Positions 47,480 to 59,700 are shown, counted from the first letter of the stretch. The stretch: DNA of 60,000 nucleotides from Felis catus (GCF_018350175.1 NC_058368.1:47928001-47988000); one strand, 5' to 3'. Numbers and translations: made by a program. Notes: generated from the letters alone by a model not told the origin.

Positions 47480-47670
47480 TTGCCTGAGTATCTTCCAGGC
47501 ATTTCACTTCTTTTATCTCTAATCCTCAAAACAATGTGGTAGGGTTGGTCTTCTTTTCCCTGTGCTACAAATGAGGTCACGGACACTCAGAGAGGTGCAT
47601 TTAACTGGTGAGTTGTTTATCTGAAATGCAGAACTAGGTCAGTCTGATTCCGGAGTTTATATTCTTTTCA
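47480..47670 (-). mobile_element. MIR
   Basis: taatcctcaaaacaat...acaaatgagg...actcagagagg...gaactaggtcagtctgattccggag. Confidence 0.65.
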
Positions 47671-48218
47671 TTGAACTTGCACTGGGTGCTGGGAGGATTC
47701 TGGGAAAGCACGGTGGTGTGGAAGGACATATCTTTCCATTATTTTGTTATTCTCTTTTGTGACATAGTTTATCACATGGGGAAAACAAAAAGCAAGACCA
47801 GCCTGTGTCTGAGGACTTTCTCTCTTCTCGCCCAGAGGCTGCTCCCCTGTGTCCTCTCACGGCCTATGATGTAATGATGCTCCCCTATGTTATGATGGGC
47901 ATATCCTAGTTTCTAGTGTCATTGGCTTTCTGAGCAGCAGCAAGAGGCAGGACATAGCCAAAGCAGAATGAAATGTCTGCCTGTAAGTGGGTTCCTGAGG
48001 AGTACAAAGGGACCAAGTGCCTTCAGAGAGGAATCGAGGCAACACCATCCCGCACCTTCTCTAATGGGCTCAACCCATGCATGCCCTTGTTGTCAATATA
48101 TGTCCAAACATATATTGGGCCTCCTGAGCCTTGCATGCGTATTAGTTGGGATTGCCCTGTTTTCTGCCTCTGGGAGTGATTCCGCCTCAATAGATAACTG
48201 CTTATCATAACCTACCTT

Positions 48219-48370
48219 AAAAAAAAAAATAGTTTATTTCTTTTGAGAGAGAGAGGATCCCAAGCAGGCTCCGCACTCTCAGCGCAGAGCCCATTGCGGG
48301 GCTCGATCTTATGACCCGAGCTGAAAATCAAGAGTCGGAAGCTTAACTGACTGAGTCACCCAGACACCCC
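48219..48370 (-). mobile_element. Can-SINE (shortened)
   Basis: Antisense head aatcaagagtcggaagcttaactgactgagtcacccagacacccc. Confidence 0.9.
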
Positions 48371-48619
48371 ATATGACAACCTAACTTTCAGCTGGAAATG
48401 ATACTCAGCTTGAGGGTGCCACAGTTCCATGGCTCTGATTCTCTCGCCTTTGTGTTGGCAAACAGATAATGCAGAATGCAAACAAATAAACCCAAACAAT
48501 CAACAAACAAGCACACAAACAAAAGAACTCATGGGGCATGGAAACAACCTCCGATTATCTTTGCCAAAAAAAAAAAAAAAAAAAAAAAGTATTCGTTTTT
48601 GAACCACATGCAAAGAATA

Positions 48620-48840
48620 CACAGACTTTTGAGTCAGGTCAGTCTATATTTGAATCCATCTTTTCCATTTATTGTTCTATAATTTTGGGCAAGTCATTTA
48701 ACCTCTTTGAATCTTTGTGCTTTATCCTGTTAAGTGGGGATAATAATTTTGACCTTATAAGGTTGCTGTGAGGAAAAATGAAATCCGTGCATAAAGCCCC
48801 TGACACAATCGATGGCAGTGCATCCTGGGTATACATGCTG
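48620..48840 (+). mobile_element. MIR
   Basis: agacttttgagtcag...ttgggcaagtcatttaacctctttga...taagtggggataata...ggttgctgtgagg. Confidence 0.82.
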
Positions 48841-49339
48841 GCTTCTCTTTCTCTCCCTCCCTCCTGAGTCTACTGGCTTCTCTAGGAGAAGGTTGCTTTA
48901 GAAGGTGAAAGGACCCTTTCTTCCCATTCATTTAGAGGCATCAAATAAGCTTTGTCTTTTAAGAATCTTGAACTGTTTATTTTGTATGAGTTTTTAAAAA
49001 TAGCTTAGTTAGCAATTCAGGAAACACAATTACAAAAGGATAATCTAGACTCAACAATGACTGTGGTGGAAAAAAGAACGAAATGAAAAACAAAAGAGAA
49101 AGAAACAAGGAGAATGCTGCATACATTATTTACAAACAGGAACACTTTCTACGCACAAACTCCAGGCACCTCATTACTTTGTAAACTATATATTCTTCTC
49201 AAGTATGGGGCACTTTAAGTTAATGATGTGATCCATTCATCCTGCCATCTTTTATTTATGTTTTCTTCAACAGTGAAATGAATAGTCAGAAACAATGCCC
49301 TGCTTATTCTGTGAACAAGAAGAGGAAAGGGAAGTGTAA

Positions 49340-49387
49340 GTGTGTGTGTGTGTGTGTGCGCGCGTGCGGGCGCGCGTGCGTGCATGC
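49340..49387. repeat. (TG)n-(CG/TG) alternating purine-pyrimidine tract
   Basis: gtgtgtgtgtgtgtgtgtgcgcgcgtgcgggcgcgcgtgcgtgcatgc. Confidence 0.95.
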
Positions 49388-50709
49388 TTTTCCCTATGAT
49401 TTAGGACTTAGGATGATTTTAACCAATACTCGCACAGGTTTATTTTTCAAACCTCTTAATAATGTTTAGAAACAGAGCCTAATACTAAGGACAAAATACT
49501 AAGGCAAAAACTCTGTGGACCTCTCTGTTGAAGACCAACCCTGTTCCTCTCCTGCTTCAGTCTGATTACCTCTGGGGAATGTGCTGTTCCTTGGAACGAA
49601 TCAGCCTGTACAAAATAAGAGAGGTTGAAAAGTTTAGGACGTGGAAAATATGTGGAATTTGCTCTTGAATAATGATTTGTAGTTTTCTTTTGCAATAAAT
49701 ATGACCAATGACCCAGATAGGAGGATGGCAATTACTTAATGAATCAAGCTTCAGAAATGTAAAAACACTTCATAATAAAAATGAAAGCAATAATAGTAGG
49801 AAGCCAAGTTAAGTAAACAAGTATAATGCTCCTTGTATCTGTAGATGTACATTTACAAATTCCAAAGCTATGACTGTGGAAGGGATTATTCTAATGATAC
49901 CAGCAGTGTCCATTTCCAATGCGTGTTGAATTGGTTCTTTTGAATTTGTGGACGGATAATGTTCCATGCTGAATTTCCACACATATCTGGGAGTAAGTTA
50001 GCTGGGACGATGTGTCACTCACGTAGGACTGTGATGTAGCAGCCCCACGGCTCTGACAATCATTTACTGGTGTGCAAGTCGCAAAACCCTAACAGGTTCA
50101 GGTCTTTCAAAGTAAATCATTTCCAAGTCTGTTACAGCCTGTGTAGAAACTGCTTTTTCGCTCTGTGGTATATCTAAAAATCTGCTGTCCGTGTGAAGCT
50201 GTCCTTGACTACTGACCATTCCCTTAATTTGTGAAGTGGGATATGTTTCCAAACTTTAGAGGAGAGGAAACTGCCTTTATAAAAAGGTGGGGGGAGGGGA
50301 GAGGAGGCAAAGCTGTGAATGAGCATATTCTGACCAGTGTAGAGCTGCATCTACATGGAGCCATTTTTGCCTTTTAAAAGAAAAGTCGGCAGCTATTTAC
50401 CTTAAGGTATATGGTACAACTAGGTTGGTGACTTTGGGGAAATCCCAGTCTTTCTTATAAAACAAAGGATTGAATTAGCTGATATTTAAGAGCATTTCCA
50501 GCCCTAAGACACTGGGAGAGCAAAATAACATTTTCAAGGTCAAGAAAATCTTTTAGAAAAATGCAGAAAGCTATTTGGACGTTAAACAAACAAACAAACC
50601 ACACTGTAGCAGCATTACCTTCCTCCCTGTTCTCCGAGTAAATTGTAGTAGGTAGAGTAATCCGAGTTATTTGATGCTGTATCTCCAGTTGTTGATTTCT
50701 CCATGCCAA

Positions 50710-51090
50710 CGTTTCTCCAGTATTAGCATGTATAAGGATCACCTGAGAAGCTGTTGAAAAGGCAATTGTACCTCCAGAGATTAGTTCAGTAGCTTGAGGG
50801 AGGAGTCCAGGAATCTGCATTTTATTTTATTTTATTAAATTTTAATGTTTATTTTTGAGGGAGAGAGAGAGAGAACGCAAGTGGGAGAGGGGCAGAGAGA
50901 GAGGGAGAAGAGAATCCCAAGCAGCCTCCGTGCTGTCAGCACAGAGCCTGACGTGGGGCTTGATTTCACGAACCGTGAGATCATGACCTGAGCCAAAATC
51001 AAGAGTCGGATGCTTAACAGACTGAGCCACCCAGGTGCCCCAGGAATCTGCATTTTAAGGGCATTCCAAGAAATTCTACTGCAGGAATCA
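50710..51090. mobile_element. MER5-like hAT MITE split by a SINE
   Basis: ggatcacctgagaagctgttgaaa...ccagagatt...ttcagtag...gtccaggaatctgcattttaag. Confidence 0.65.
50825..51039 (-). mobile_element. Can-SINE
   Basis: TSD ccaggaatctgcatttta (50807-50824, 51040-51057). Confidence 0.97.
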
Positions 51091-51523
51091 CTAAAAGTTA
51101 CAGTATGCTCAAGGGAGAGGGGAAGTTTTCCTGGGAGGTCCTGGGAGTTATCCAGCTAGTGGGAGCAAGGGGAGTACTTCAGGAGGCTACCTCTGCTTAA
51201 AGAAACTCAGGTTCCGATGTTGGAGGTAGGGAAGTGTGCAGTGTTCATTATGAGGCTGAATCGCTGCCAGAAGTTACTGGTCCCATTGAACCAAAAGCAA
51301 CAAATAACAAACCTACTGAAAAAATACTGTTTGAGAAGAAAACAGTTCTAGTATGCAAGCAATTAGTAGAAAGTAAGGGCATTAATTGAAGAAGCATGAA
51401 GATAGGAGAGAATTCTTATCAAATTTCTAAAACATGCCAGGTACTCTCTTTTAATCCCTGCCACAATTTATGAGCAAAGAATTAGTCCTGTTTTGCAAAT
51501 AAAGAACCCCAGACTGAGAGACC

Positions 51524-51694
51524 CAGTAATTCTCAATGTGACTGCACATTAGAATCACCTGGGGGGAGAGGGGGAACTTTGAAAAATTATCCATGCCTGG
51601 CCCACGCCCCCAAAGATTCCGATATCATTGCCCAGACATTGATATCTTTATAGCCCTGGAAATGTTGATACGCAACTGGGGGTCAGCACCACTG
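51524..51694. mobile_element. MER5B-like hAT MITE
   Basis: cagtaattctcaa...ctgcacattagaatcacctgggg...caccactg terminal inverted repeats. Confidence 0.75.
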
Positions 51695-52589
51695 ACGTTA
51701 GCCTATGTTAATAGGATGAAAATGATTCCCAAATGAGCACTCGCAATGGACCTCCTTTGACCTATTCTGGGAACAATTCTTCACTGTAGCCCCAACCCCC
51801 AAGGTAAGGAAGGTTGTTGAGTAAAAATCACATTTTATACAAAATGGGAAATTTTGAATAATGTAACTTATGTTATCCGGTTATTACTGTGATCCTGAAA
51901 GGTCAATATTGTTGTTATGATCCTCCTTATAGGTGAGGAAACTGGGGTCTGTGTTGTTTTTAATTCTCTTACCTGCTCAGGATAAAAAATTGGAATTAAA
52001 CTCAGGATATTAGAGTCTTTCTTTGGAGTATACCACTCTTCTTACCTCAGAAGTTATATTGTCTAGTCATCATTTTCTAAGTAACTAAAGTTTTACTATC
52101 CCAGGCAGTTGGGAATTATATTTTAAAAGACTTTCTGAAAACAGTGAAATCTTCAATGTATTTATCAAGCCTATCGCAAGGTCATTTAACCTCCTGGAGG
52201 TGTTAGCTTTCATGTTTGTTAAATAAAAGCAATGACATTAAACATATTTAGAGATGCCATGGTAATAAATAAATATATTGTAAATGCTTTTGGGAAAAAG
52301 ATTTTATTTTACAAAATGAGGAAAAACAAGTTTTTCCCTCCATATAGAACACTAATAATATGATAGTAATTCCTTGATATTAATGTTAAAAGAAGTAACA
52401 ACTTATGGATTTTTCAGTAGTTTAAAATTAGGACTATGAAATAACATCAGCACTCATTTAGTAGCATTATACTTTTTTTCGTGATTTTCTAGTGTCTTCT
52501 TAATGCGTGTAATGCTATTGTAATCGTATCGATTTAAGGAAAGGGTGAGTAAAGTTTTCAGGATGGGGACTAGGGAGATGAGGGCATTC

Positions 52590-52624
52590 TTTTTTTTTTT
52601 TAATTTTTAATTTTAGAGAGAGAC

Positions 52625-52659
<35 letters not shown>

Positions 52660-52820
52660 CTGATCTGGGGACAGGGGCAGAGGGAGAGAGAGAGGATCTT
52701 AAGCAGGTTCCATGCTCAGCGTAGAGCCTGACATAGGGCTCAATCCCATGACCCTCAGATCAAGAGCTGAGGTGAAATCAAGAGTCAGAGGCTCAACTGA
52801 CTGAGCTGTGGTGGGTGCCC
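52590..52820 (-). mobile_element. Can-SINE (older subfamily)
   Basis: TSD gagggcattc. Confidence 0.95.
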
Positions 52821-52990
52821 GAGGGCATTCCAAATGCAGGGGCCGATATATGCAAGGAATGGAACAAGTACAGTGTGACTCAGAGATAGGACAAGAAACT
52901 AGAAAAGTCAAGAAACTATAAAGGTAAGCGGGGGAAGATCATAAAGTGCACATATGCCGAAGAAACAATTTTGAACTTTTTCTTCTAAAT

Positions 52991-53508
52991 CTGCACTGTC
53001 CCATATGGTATCGCCAGTGGCCACATGTGGCTACTGAGCATTGGAAATGCGGTTAGTCCAAATCAAAATAGGCTCTAAGCATAAAATGCACTTTCATTTT
53101 CAAAGACTTAGTCTGAAAAAAAAGTAAAATACCCAATGAATAAGTTTTATATTGATTATATATTGAAAATCTTATTGTTGCTATTTTGGATTAAAACATC
53201 ATTCAAATTAATTACGTTTGTTCCTTTTATTCTTTTATTATTATTTTAAATGTTTATTTATTTTTGAGAGAGAGAGGGAGAAAGAGCACAAGTGGAAGGG
53301 CAGAGAGAGAAGGAGACACAGAATCCAAAGCAGGCTCCGGGCTCAGGGCTCCAGGCTCAAGAACCACAAGATCATGACCTGAGCCAAAGCTGGACGCTCA
53401 ACCGACCGAGCCACCCAGGCACCCCACCCCTGTTCCTTTTAAATGTGGCTACTTGAAAATTTAAAGTTACTTAAGTGGCTTGCATTGTGTTTCTACCGGC
53501 CAGGACTG
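52991..53508. mobile_element. MER33-like hAT-Charlie MITE split by a SINE
   Basis: gcactgtcc...gccacatgtggctactgagca...tttcaaagacttagt...tttaaatgtggctact...aaaatttaaa...gtggcttgcatt. Confidence 0.8.
53230..53425 (-). mobile_element. Can-SINE
   Basis: TSD tgttcctttta. Confidence 0.94.
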
Positions 53509-53516
53509 CTGTAGAT

Positions 53517-53963
53517 CAGCCTTAGCAAACTATGACCTGTAGGCCAGTGCCCAGTTTTGTAGGGCCGATGAACTAAGAAATTTAAAAGAAATTGCATTGG
53601 AGGCGCCTGGGTGGCTCAGTTGATTAAGCGCCCAACTGCGGCTCACAGTTGGTGGGGCTCGAGCCCCGCGTCAAGTTGTGTGCTGACAGCTCAGAGCCTG
53701 GAGCCGGCTTCACAGTCCCTGTCTCCCTCTCTCTCTGCCCCTCCTCCCCTTGCACTCTCTCTCTCTTTCAAAAATAAATAAACGTTAAAAAGGTTTTTTT
53801 AAACGTTTATTTATTTCTGAGGAAATGAAAAAAAGTTTTTTCAAGAAATTCCTTTAGAAGAAGGAAGAGGAAAAGGAGGAAGAGAGACAAAAACTGCATG
53901 TGGCTTAAGAGCCTCAAATATGTGCTGCTTGGCTCTCTACAAAAAAGGTTTTGCTGGCCTCTG
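53517..53963. mobile_element. MER58-like hAT-Charlie MITE split by a SINE
   Basis: cagccttagcaaactatgacctgtaggcc...agcctcaaatat...tggctctctacaaaaaaggttttgctggcctctg. Confidence 0.72.
53599..53791 (+). mobile_element. Can-SINE
   Basis: Head with internal deletion, (CT)n, aataaataaacgtt tail. Confidence 0.94.
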
Positions 53964-53971
53964 CTCTAGAT

Positions 53972-54133
53972 TCTTACCACTCTGTGTCCTGTGGAACAGG
54001 AGCACTGGCATCTCCCAGGAGCCTGTCAGAAATGCGGAACCTCAAGCTCGAACCTGGACTTACTGAGTCAGAATCTCCATGTCAACAAGACCTGCAGGTG
54101 ATTCATGTGCTTGTTAAAGTGTAAGACGTACAA
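53972..54133. mobile_element. MER5A1-like hAT MITE
   Basis: agcactggcatctcccaggagcctgtcagaaatgc...tactgagtcagaatct...caggtgattcatgtgc...ttaaagt. Confidence 0.78.
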
Positions 54134-54415
54134 GGGTAGATGATAGTCATTGGAGGATATTTACAAAAGAGAGTGGTGGGTTTATTTTCCCACATAAAAC
54201 CCCTTTCTTTTACACCTAGAATAAGTCAGTTTGTCCAAGTACTTTGTAATATTTCTGTGGAGAGTATGGATAAACATTTCATTTTCCTGAGCTGACATTG
54301 TGTCTGAGATGAATTCAACTCTATATTAAAGAAATCAAGGTCATGGGGTTTGGTCTGATTCAATGACTTTCAAAAATTTCTTTGACTATGAATGACAAGG
54401 AAAATATTTTTTATT

Positions 54416-54632
54416 GGGGCACCTGCGTGGCTCAGTCGGGCAAGTGTCTGACTTCAGCTCAGGTCAGGATCTCAGAGTTGGTGAGTTCAAGCCCCACATC
54501 GGGCTCTGTGCTGACAGTTCGAAGCCTGGAACCTGCTTCGGATTCTGTGTCTCCCTCTCCCTCTGCCCTCCCCTGCTCATGCTCTGTCTGTCTCTCTCAA
54601 AAATAAATAAACATGTAAAAAAAAAACCTTAA
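54416..54632 (+). mobile_element. Can-SINE
   Basis: TSD aaaatattttttatt (54401-54415, 54633-54647). Confidence 0.97.
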
Positions 54633-55846
54633 AAAATATTTTTTATTTTCACTTGATGTCAAAGTATATATATATCTGTAAACATATAGAAAGATATATA
54701 AACATAGATATATTTAACTGAAATCAAAGTTACACAAAATAGTATTTGCTTTTACTGGAGACACGCTGCCGTATTTTCTATTGTATTCTATTCTTTTCAT
54801 TCCAATCCATTCCATTCTATAATATTCCATTCCATTCAAACCAGTGTATTTCTAGTCATGACAGGGTACCTGGCACTGAACTAGCCTTCCCACTAGAAAC
54901 AACCGTGAAATTGGGTGAAACATATCCAATGCCTGATTTGAGTCAGTCAACTGTTAGGGAAGAAAACTTAAGAGGTATAGCTCGTAATCACCCATTCTGT
55001 TAGGGATAATTTCCTTATTGTGTTGCAGAGAGTTGGGGTCTGAGCTGAGCATGGTCATTCCATTGAGTTTCGGAGGAGACACAGATCAGAGTTTCAAAAA
55101 GCTGACATGGCTGGAATCCATGAGTCAGGGCAACAGAAATGAGAGAGCGAAGGGATCCCAGGAGTCCTTCCTGGGGTCACCCAGGAGTCCATGGCTGAGG
55201 GCTGAGCTGTTCCTCTTGTGCAGAGAGCAGCTGAGAGCAGGTGCTGTAGAATTGGGAGCAGAATGGGCTAGGATGAAGCAGGCTTGGGGAAGGGTGTGCA
55301 GAAAGAGCTTGGAGTTCTGGCCCTGCCAGAAAGGGGAGATCACAGCACCACCCCTGGAGCCCAAAAAAGACAGCACCCAGAGGAAGACCAACTCTGACCT
55401 ACCCTAACAAAGCCAATAGCCCCAAAGCTCCAGAGGAGATAAAATTTGTAGGGCCAGGTCTAGTTAGCTTTGGCCACACATTGCAGCCCAGTCCTGTCTG
55501 GTCAATCTGACGAGCACGCCCTTGGTGGAAGAGTACAGTTGGAACTGACCAAATCAGCTATTATACCTGAGGTGGAAAGAGAACATCAGAGTGTATATTC
55601 TACTGCTACTGTATGTAGCATTTTCATAAATGAAGCCTGTTATTTTGGTTGCCCCCCAAATATTCATTCATTCATTTATTACTTTGTTATTAAATAATTT
55701 CTGAAGAGCTATTATGTGTCTGAGATGGAGCTGGCAGTAGGGATACAGAGATTTAAAAAGACAATTCCAGCTCTCGTGATGCACACAGTTAGATAATGTG
55801 TGAAAGATAGTGTGAATCTCTATGGAGCTATTCCAGTTGAGAAGTG

Positions 55847-56280
55847 CAGTGGTGTCCCCTTATGTGTGGGGATGTGTTCCAATACCCCTGCGGAACGATG
55901 TCTGAAGTTGTGGATGGTACCAACCCCTATATATATATTTTCCTGTGTGTACATATCTATGATACAGTGCAATTTATAAATTAGGCACAGTAAGAGGTTA
56001 GCAATAATAACTAATCGTAAAATAAACAATTGTGACAATACAGTGTAATAAAGTTATGTGGTCTCTTCCTCAAAATATCTTATACTGTATTCATCCTTAT
56101 GACGATGGTAATGTGAGATAATAAAATGCCTACGTGATGAGATGAAGTGAGGTAAATCACGTAGGCATGTGACGTAGCATTGCAGCTGCTATGGACCTTT
56201 TGACTGTCAGAAGAAGGATCATGTGCTTCCAGACTGCAGTTGATCACAGGTAACTGAAAGCATGGATAAGGAGACTACTG
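55847..56280. mobile_element. MER44B-like (Tigger7-derived) TcMar-Tigger element
   Basis: cagtggtgtccccttat...aatttataaattaggcacagtaagag...taaaatgcctacgtgatgagatgaagtgagg...ggataaggagactactg|ta. Confidence 0.85.
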
Positions 56281-56311
56281 TACTTTGACATTTTGTAATT
56301 TCCTTGTATTT

Positions 56312-56530
56312 GCAATTTTTTAATGTTTATTATTTTGAGAGAGAGAGAGAGAGAGCGCGAGCGAGCGCAAGTGGGGGAGGGGCAGAGAGAGAGGGAGACA
56401 GAATCCGAAGCAGTCTCCAGGCTCTGAGCTGTCAGCACAGAGCCTCATGTGGGTCTCGAACTCACAAGCAGTGAGGTCCTAATCTCAGCTGAAGTCTGAC
56501 GCTTACCTGACTGAGGCACCCAGGCTCCCC
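56312..56530 (-). mobile_element. Can-SINE (3' member of tandem pair)
   Basis: Antisense full-length copy. Confidence 0.94.
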
Positions 56531-56541
56531 AGACCTTATTC

Positions 56542-56768
56542 TTTTTCTTTTTTTCTTTTTTTTTTAACTGTTTATTTAGTTTTGAGAGAGAGAGGCAGAA
56601 CATGAGTGGGGGAGAGACAGAGACAGAGGGAGACACAGAATCCAAAGCAGTCTCCAGACTCCGAGCTGTTCAGCACAGGGCTCAACCCAGGGCTTGAGCT
56701 CAGGAACCATGAGGTCATGACCTAAGCCGAAGTCAGATGCTCAACCGATTGAGCCACCCAGATGCCCC
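56542..56768 (-). mobile_element. Can-SINE (5' member of tandem pair)
   Basis: Antisense full-length copy; shares one TSD pair with 56312-56530. Confidence 0.94.
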
Positions 56769-59700
56769 TGTAATTTCCTTACATTTCTAAAAAAATTTTC
56801 CAGAGTCATATTCTTTTCCTGGTGTTAGAGTAATGTTATTCTCCCATCCCCCCCCCCCATAATTTTGGCAGTTTTACTGAATCAATAATTTATGAAATAT
56901 CTGTTCTGCTGCTCAAACATTTATTGCTTTATTATTTTGGTAATATCTGAGATAATTATGCAAGTTAGCTTCCAAAATATCCTTGTTAAATGTTTAATCC
57001 TTCATTACTATATATTAATTTAGAGAGTTGAGGTTCAACTGGAGTGTAATTCTAATATTTCATTAGAACACAAAAGTTAAGGCAGTTTATGTTAGTGTTG
57101 TTTTTGACGTTGGAGATTTTTTATCAAGGTTTGTTTGTTTGTTTTTCTTTTAATTGTGACTCAGTTAAGAAGGATTCATCTTGAAAGTAACTCAAAATAA
57201 GGGAGCCTTATTGATGTGGTGGTGATTCTGTGACATATGCCTGCAGACTGCATGGTGGGAAAGCCTGAGTTTATTGTTAATTGTTAAGGCTTCACTGTAC
57301 ACAGAGTGTATTGGGAGTTGTGGTCCACGTAAAAATAACAGGCACAAGCTCGACTCTCTCTGATCTCTTGTTATAAGGTGTATACAAAATAGATAAACAT
57401 TTATGCTGTAAGAAGTATTGGGAAAGAACTCTTTGGCAATAGTATCACTTATGCATGGTAAATCTTTCAGACAGACTCAGTTTAATCTTAACAATAATTT
57501 GTCTTAATGTGCCTGAACTGTGTGAATGTCTGCAAGTCAATTCTTGTAAAGAGGCCACATACAAAACTAAAAAAAAAAAAAAAAAAAGGCTTGCTGAAAA
57601 ATAATCTCAAACGAAGGCCTCTTCTGTGGCCTCCTTGAATTCTTTCACATTATTAATTTTTTTTTTCCTCTCCCCCACTTTCTTATTTTGGCTGGAAGGA
57701 TAACTTCGAATAAAATGCTGAGAAGGAAGATGGTCACAATTTAAAAAATTCACTGGGGTTGGTTTTTGCCTACTCCTGCCTCAGTATAGAGTGGGATTGT
57801 TTGCCACACACAGTCATGGTTATAGAAATAACATGGTGTCCTCAGGTCCTACCACTGTCGGGTGAAAATCTCAAAGGGAATATAAATCACCTAAATGAGG
57901 AATCCTAATCCTTTTCACAGCTTTCATACTTATGAAAAGGCGGTCGATTTGTAGCATGTAAGAGAGAAGATGATTTTACTTTGTTGGAATAATTCAAACA
58001 TCTGCTCCTTACTTTGAATAGATTCTGATTTATGTGCCTGTACAAACTTGATATCTATAAAACCGACTCGCAATGTAATATTTTGAAATTTTATTCTCTC
58101 TTTGCTTTAGGGAGCTCCAGAACCTAGGAAGTGACTAATGATATTGCATGAGATAGATTAACTTAATTCTTTCATCATCAATTTTTGTTTGTGACTACAT
58201 GGTAACAACCATAAAAATAGAGACTAAGCGTTCATTGCTTGGAGCGTTCTACTTTCCTGTCGTGCAGCAGGACGATGCAGCTATGTTCCATAATTTAAAG
58301 AATGCCTATATACTCCATGAGCATCATGATGATTCAGCAATTCAACTTTATGCAACGAAAGCAAAAAGAAGAAAAGTAGAATATTCAGATTTTGACTTAG
58401 TATGGTGCGGCCCAACACTCCCCAACCAAACACACTCAAGCTTTCAACTCGATAGAGCACCTTAATAAGGAACTACATAATATTGGAAGTACGTGTTTCA
58501 GCACAATCAGGTACTGTGTTATCTCGACAGTTAAAGACTTAAAAGAGAAACTCTTTCTTCTTTCTTCTTGCCTGATTTCCCTTAAACTCTTTCCCCTAGG
58601 AAAAGGATATTGTTTATCTTCCCCCATGTTGATGACTCCAATAACCTGTGTTGAAAGTTTGCAGAATTGCGTTGCCACTGTAGATCTATTTCTCACGTTA
58701 CTCTTCAAATCGAATGTTCTGTAGTATCTAAGAGAAACAGTGTTTCCAAGTCATTGTGGTTGTCGTTAAAAAAAAAAAAAAGTTTTTTTAAAAAACTTTT
58801 AATCACTTTAATCACTTTGATCACTTTAATCAAAGTGTTCACTGTTTCTTCCATTCTTTCTCCCATTTATCACTACTTCCTCGTCCTTTGCTTTCTCATT
58901 CCAAGGAGCTTTTTATGAATTGTCTTTAGTTAGGGTATAATTTAAGTCTGATTTCATAAGCCGATTACTGTGGAACCAGATGACAGAAGAACCTCCCAGA
59001 AGAGCACACTTAATACAGGAAGTGAGGTTAATGATTCAGTGGGTGAAACTCTTATTTCTGACTCATCATGCCACCTAATAAAATGCTATATTCACAAAGG
59101 AGATTCAGTAAACGTTTGTTGACTGATTACTACACCGCTGCTAAATCCTGCCTATCAGAAAAATGCCATGTAGAAATCATCAATTTCAGTTCTGAAGATT
59201 AGGAAACAGAAGCACGGACAAATCAACTGACATGTCTGGTGGGATACGTGGAGGAGTTTGTCTAGAAACATTTCTATTATTGGCTCCATTTTAGGTCCCT
59301 GTATGGTTTCCCTTTGCTCTCTTTCTCATCTCTTGAACAGGTACATTATATCACTATACATACTTACCTTCGAAGGCCTTTGTAGATATTTTTTGGAACA
59401 AGGCAGTAAAAAAGCATCACGTCCTAAACAGGTACCAAGACATTAGATTCAGAAATGGACCTTTGCCATCTGACCAAATTGAGTGTGACACAAATTGGTG
59501 TCCAAGTTTCATGTAGTTGATCAGAAACTATGTGGTCATCTGTGACAACCGGTTCAGTCTGTCAAAGATGCAGAATTGAGTCTGCGATTGGGCAGTAGTT
59601 TCCAATTACCCTGGCAGCCTTGGAGAAGTAGTCCACTCTTGAAAACATTCTTGCGGAATTACCTTGCCTGATTTAGTTGGCGGACCTTAAATTTTCAAAA

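Noticed and set aside
51682..51698. REST/RE1-like tcagcaccactgacg
   Set aside because: Right half-site mismatched; it is the terminus of a MER5B-like element.
54775..54838. (ATTCC/ATTCT)n pentamers reminiscent of satellite DNA
   Set aside because: Short, degenerate simple repeat only.
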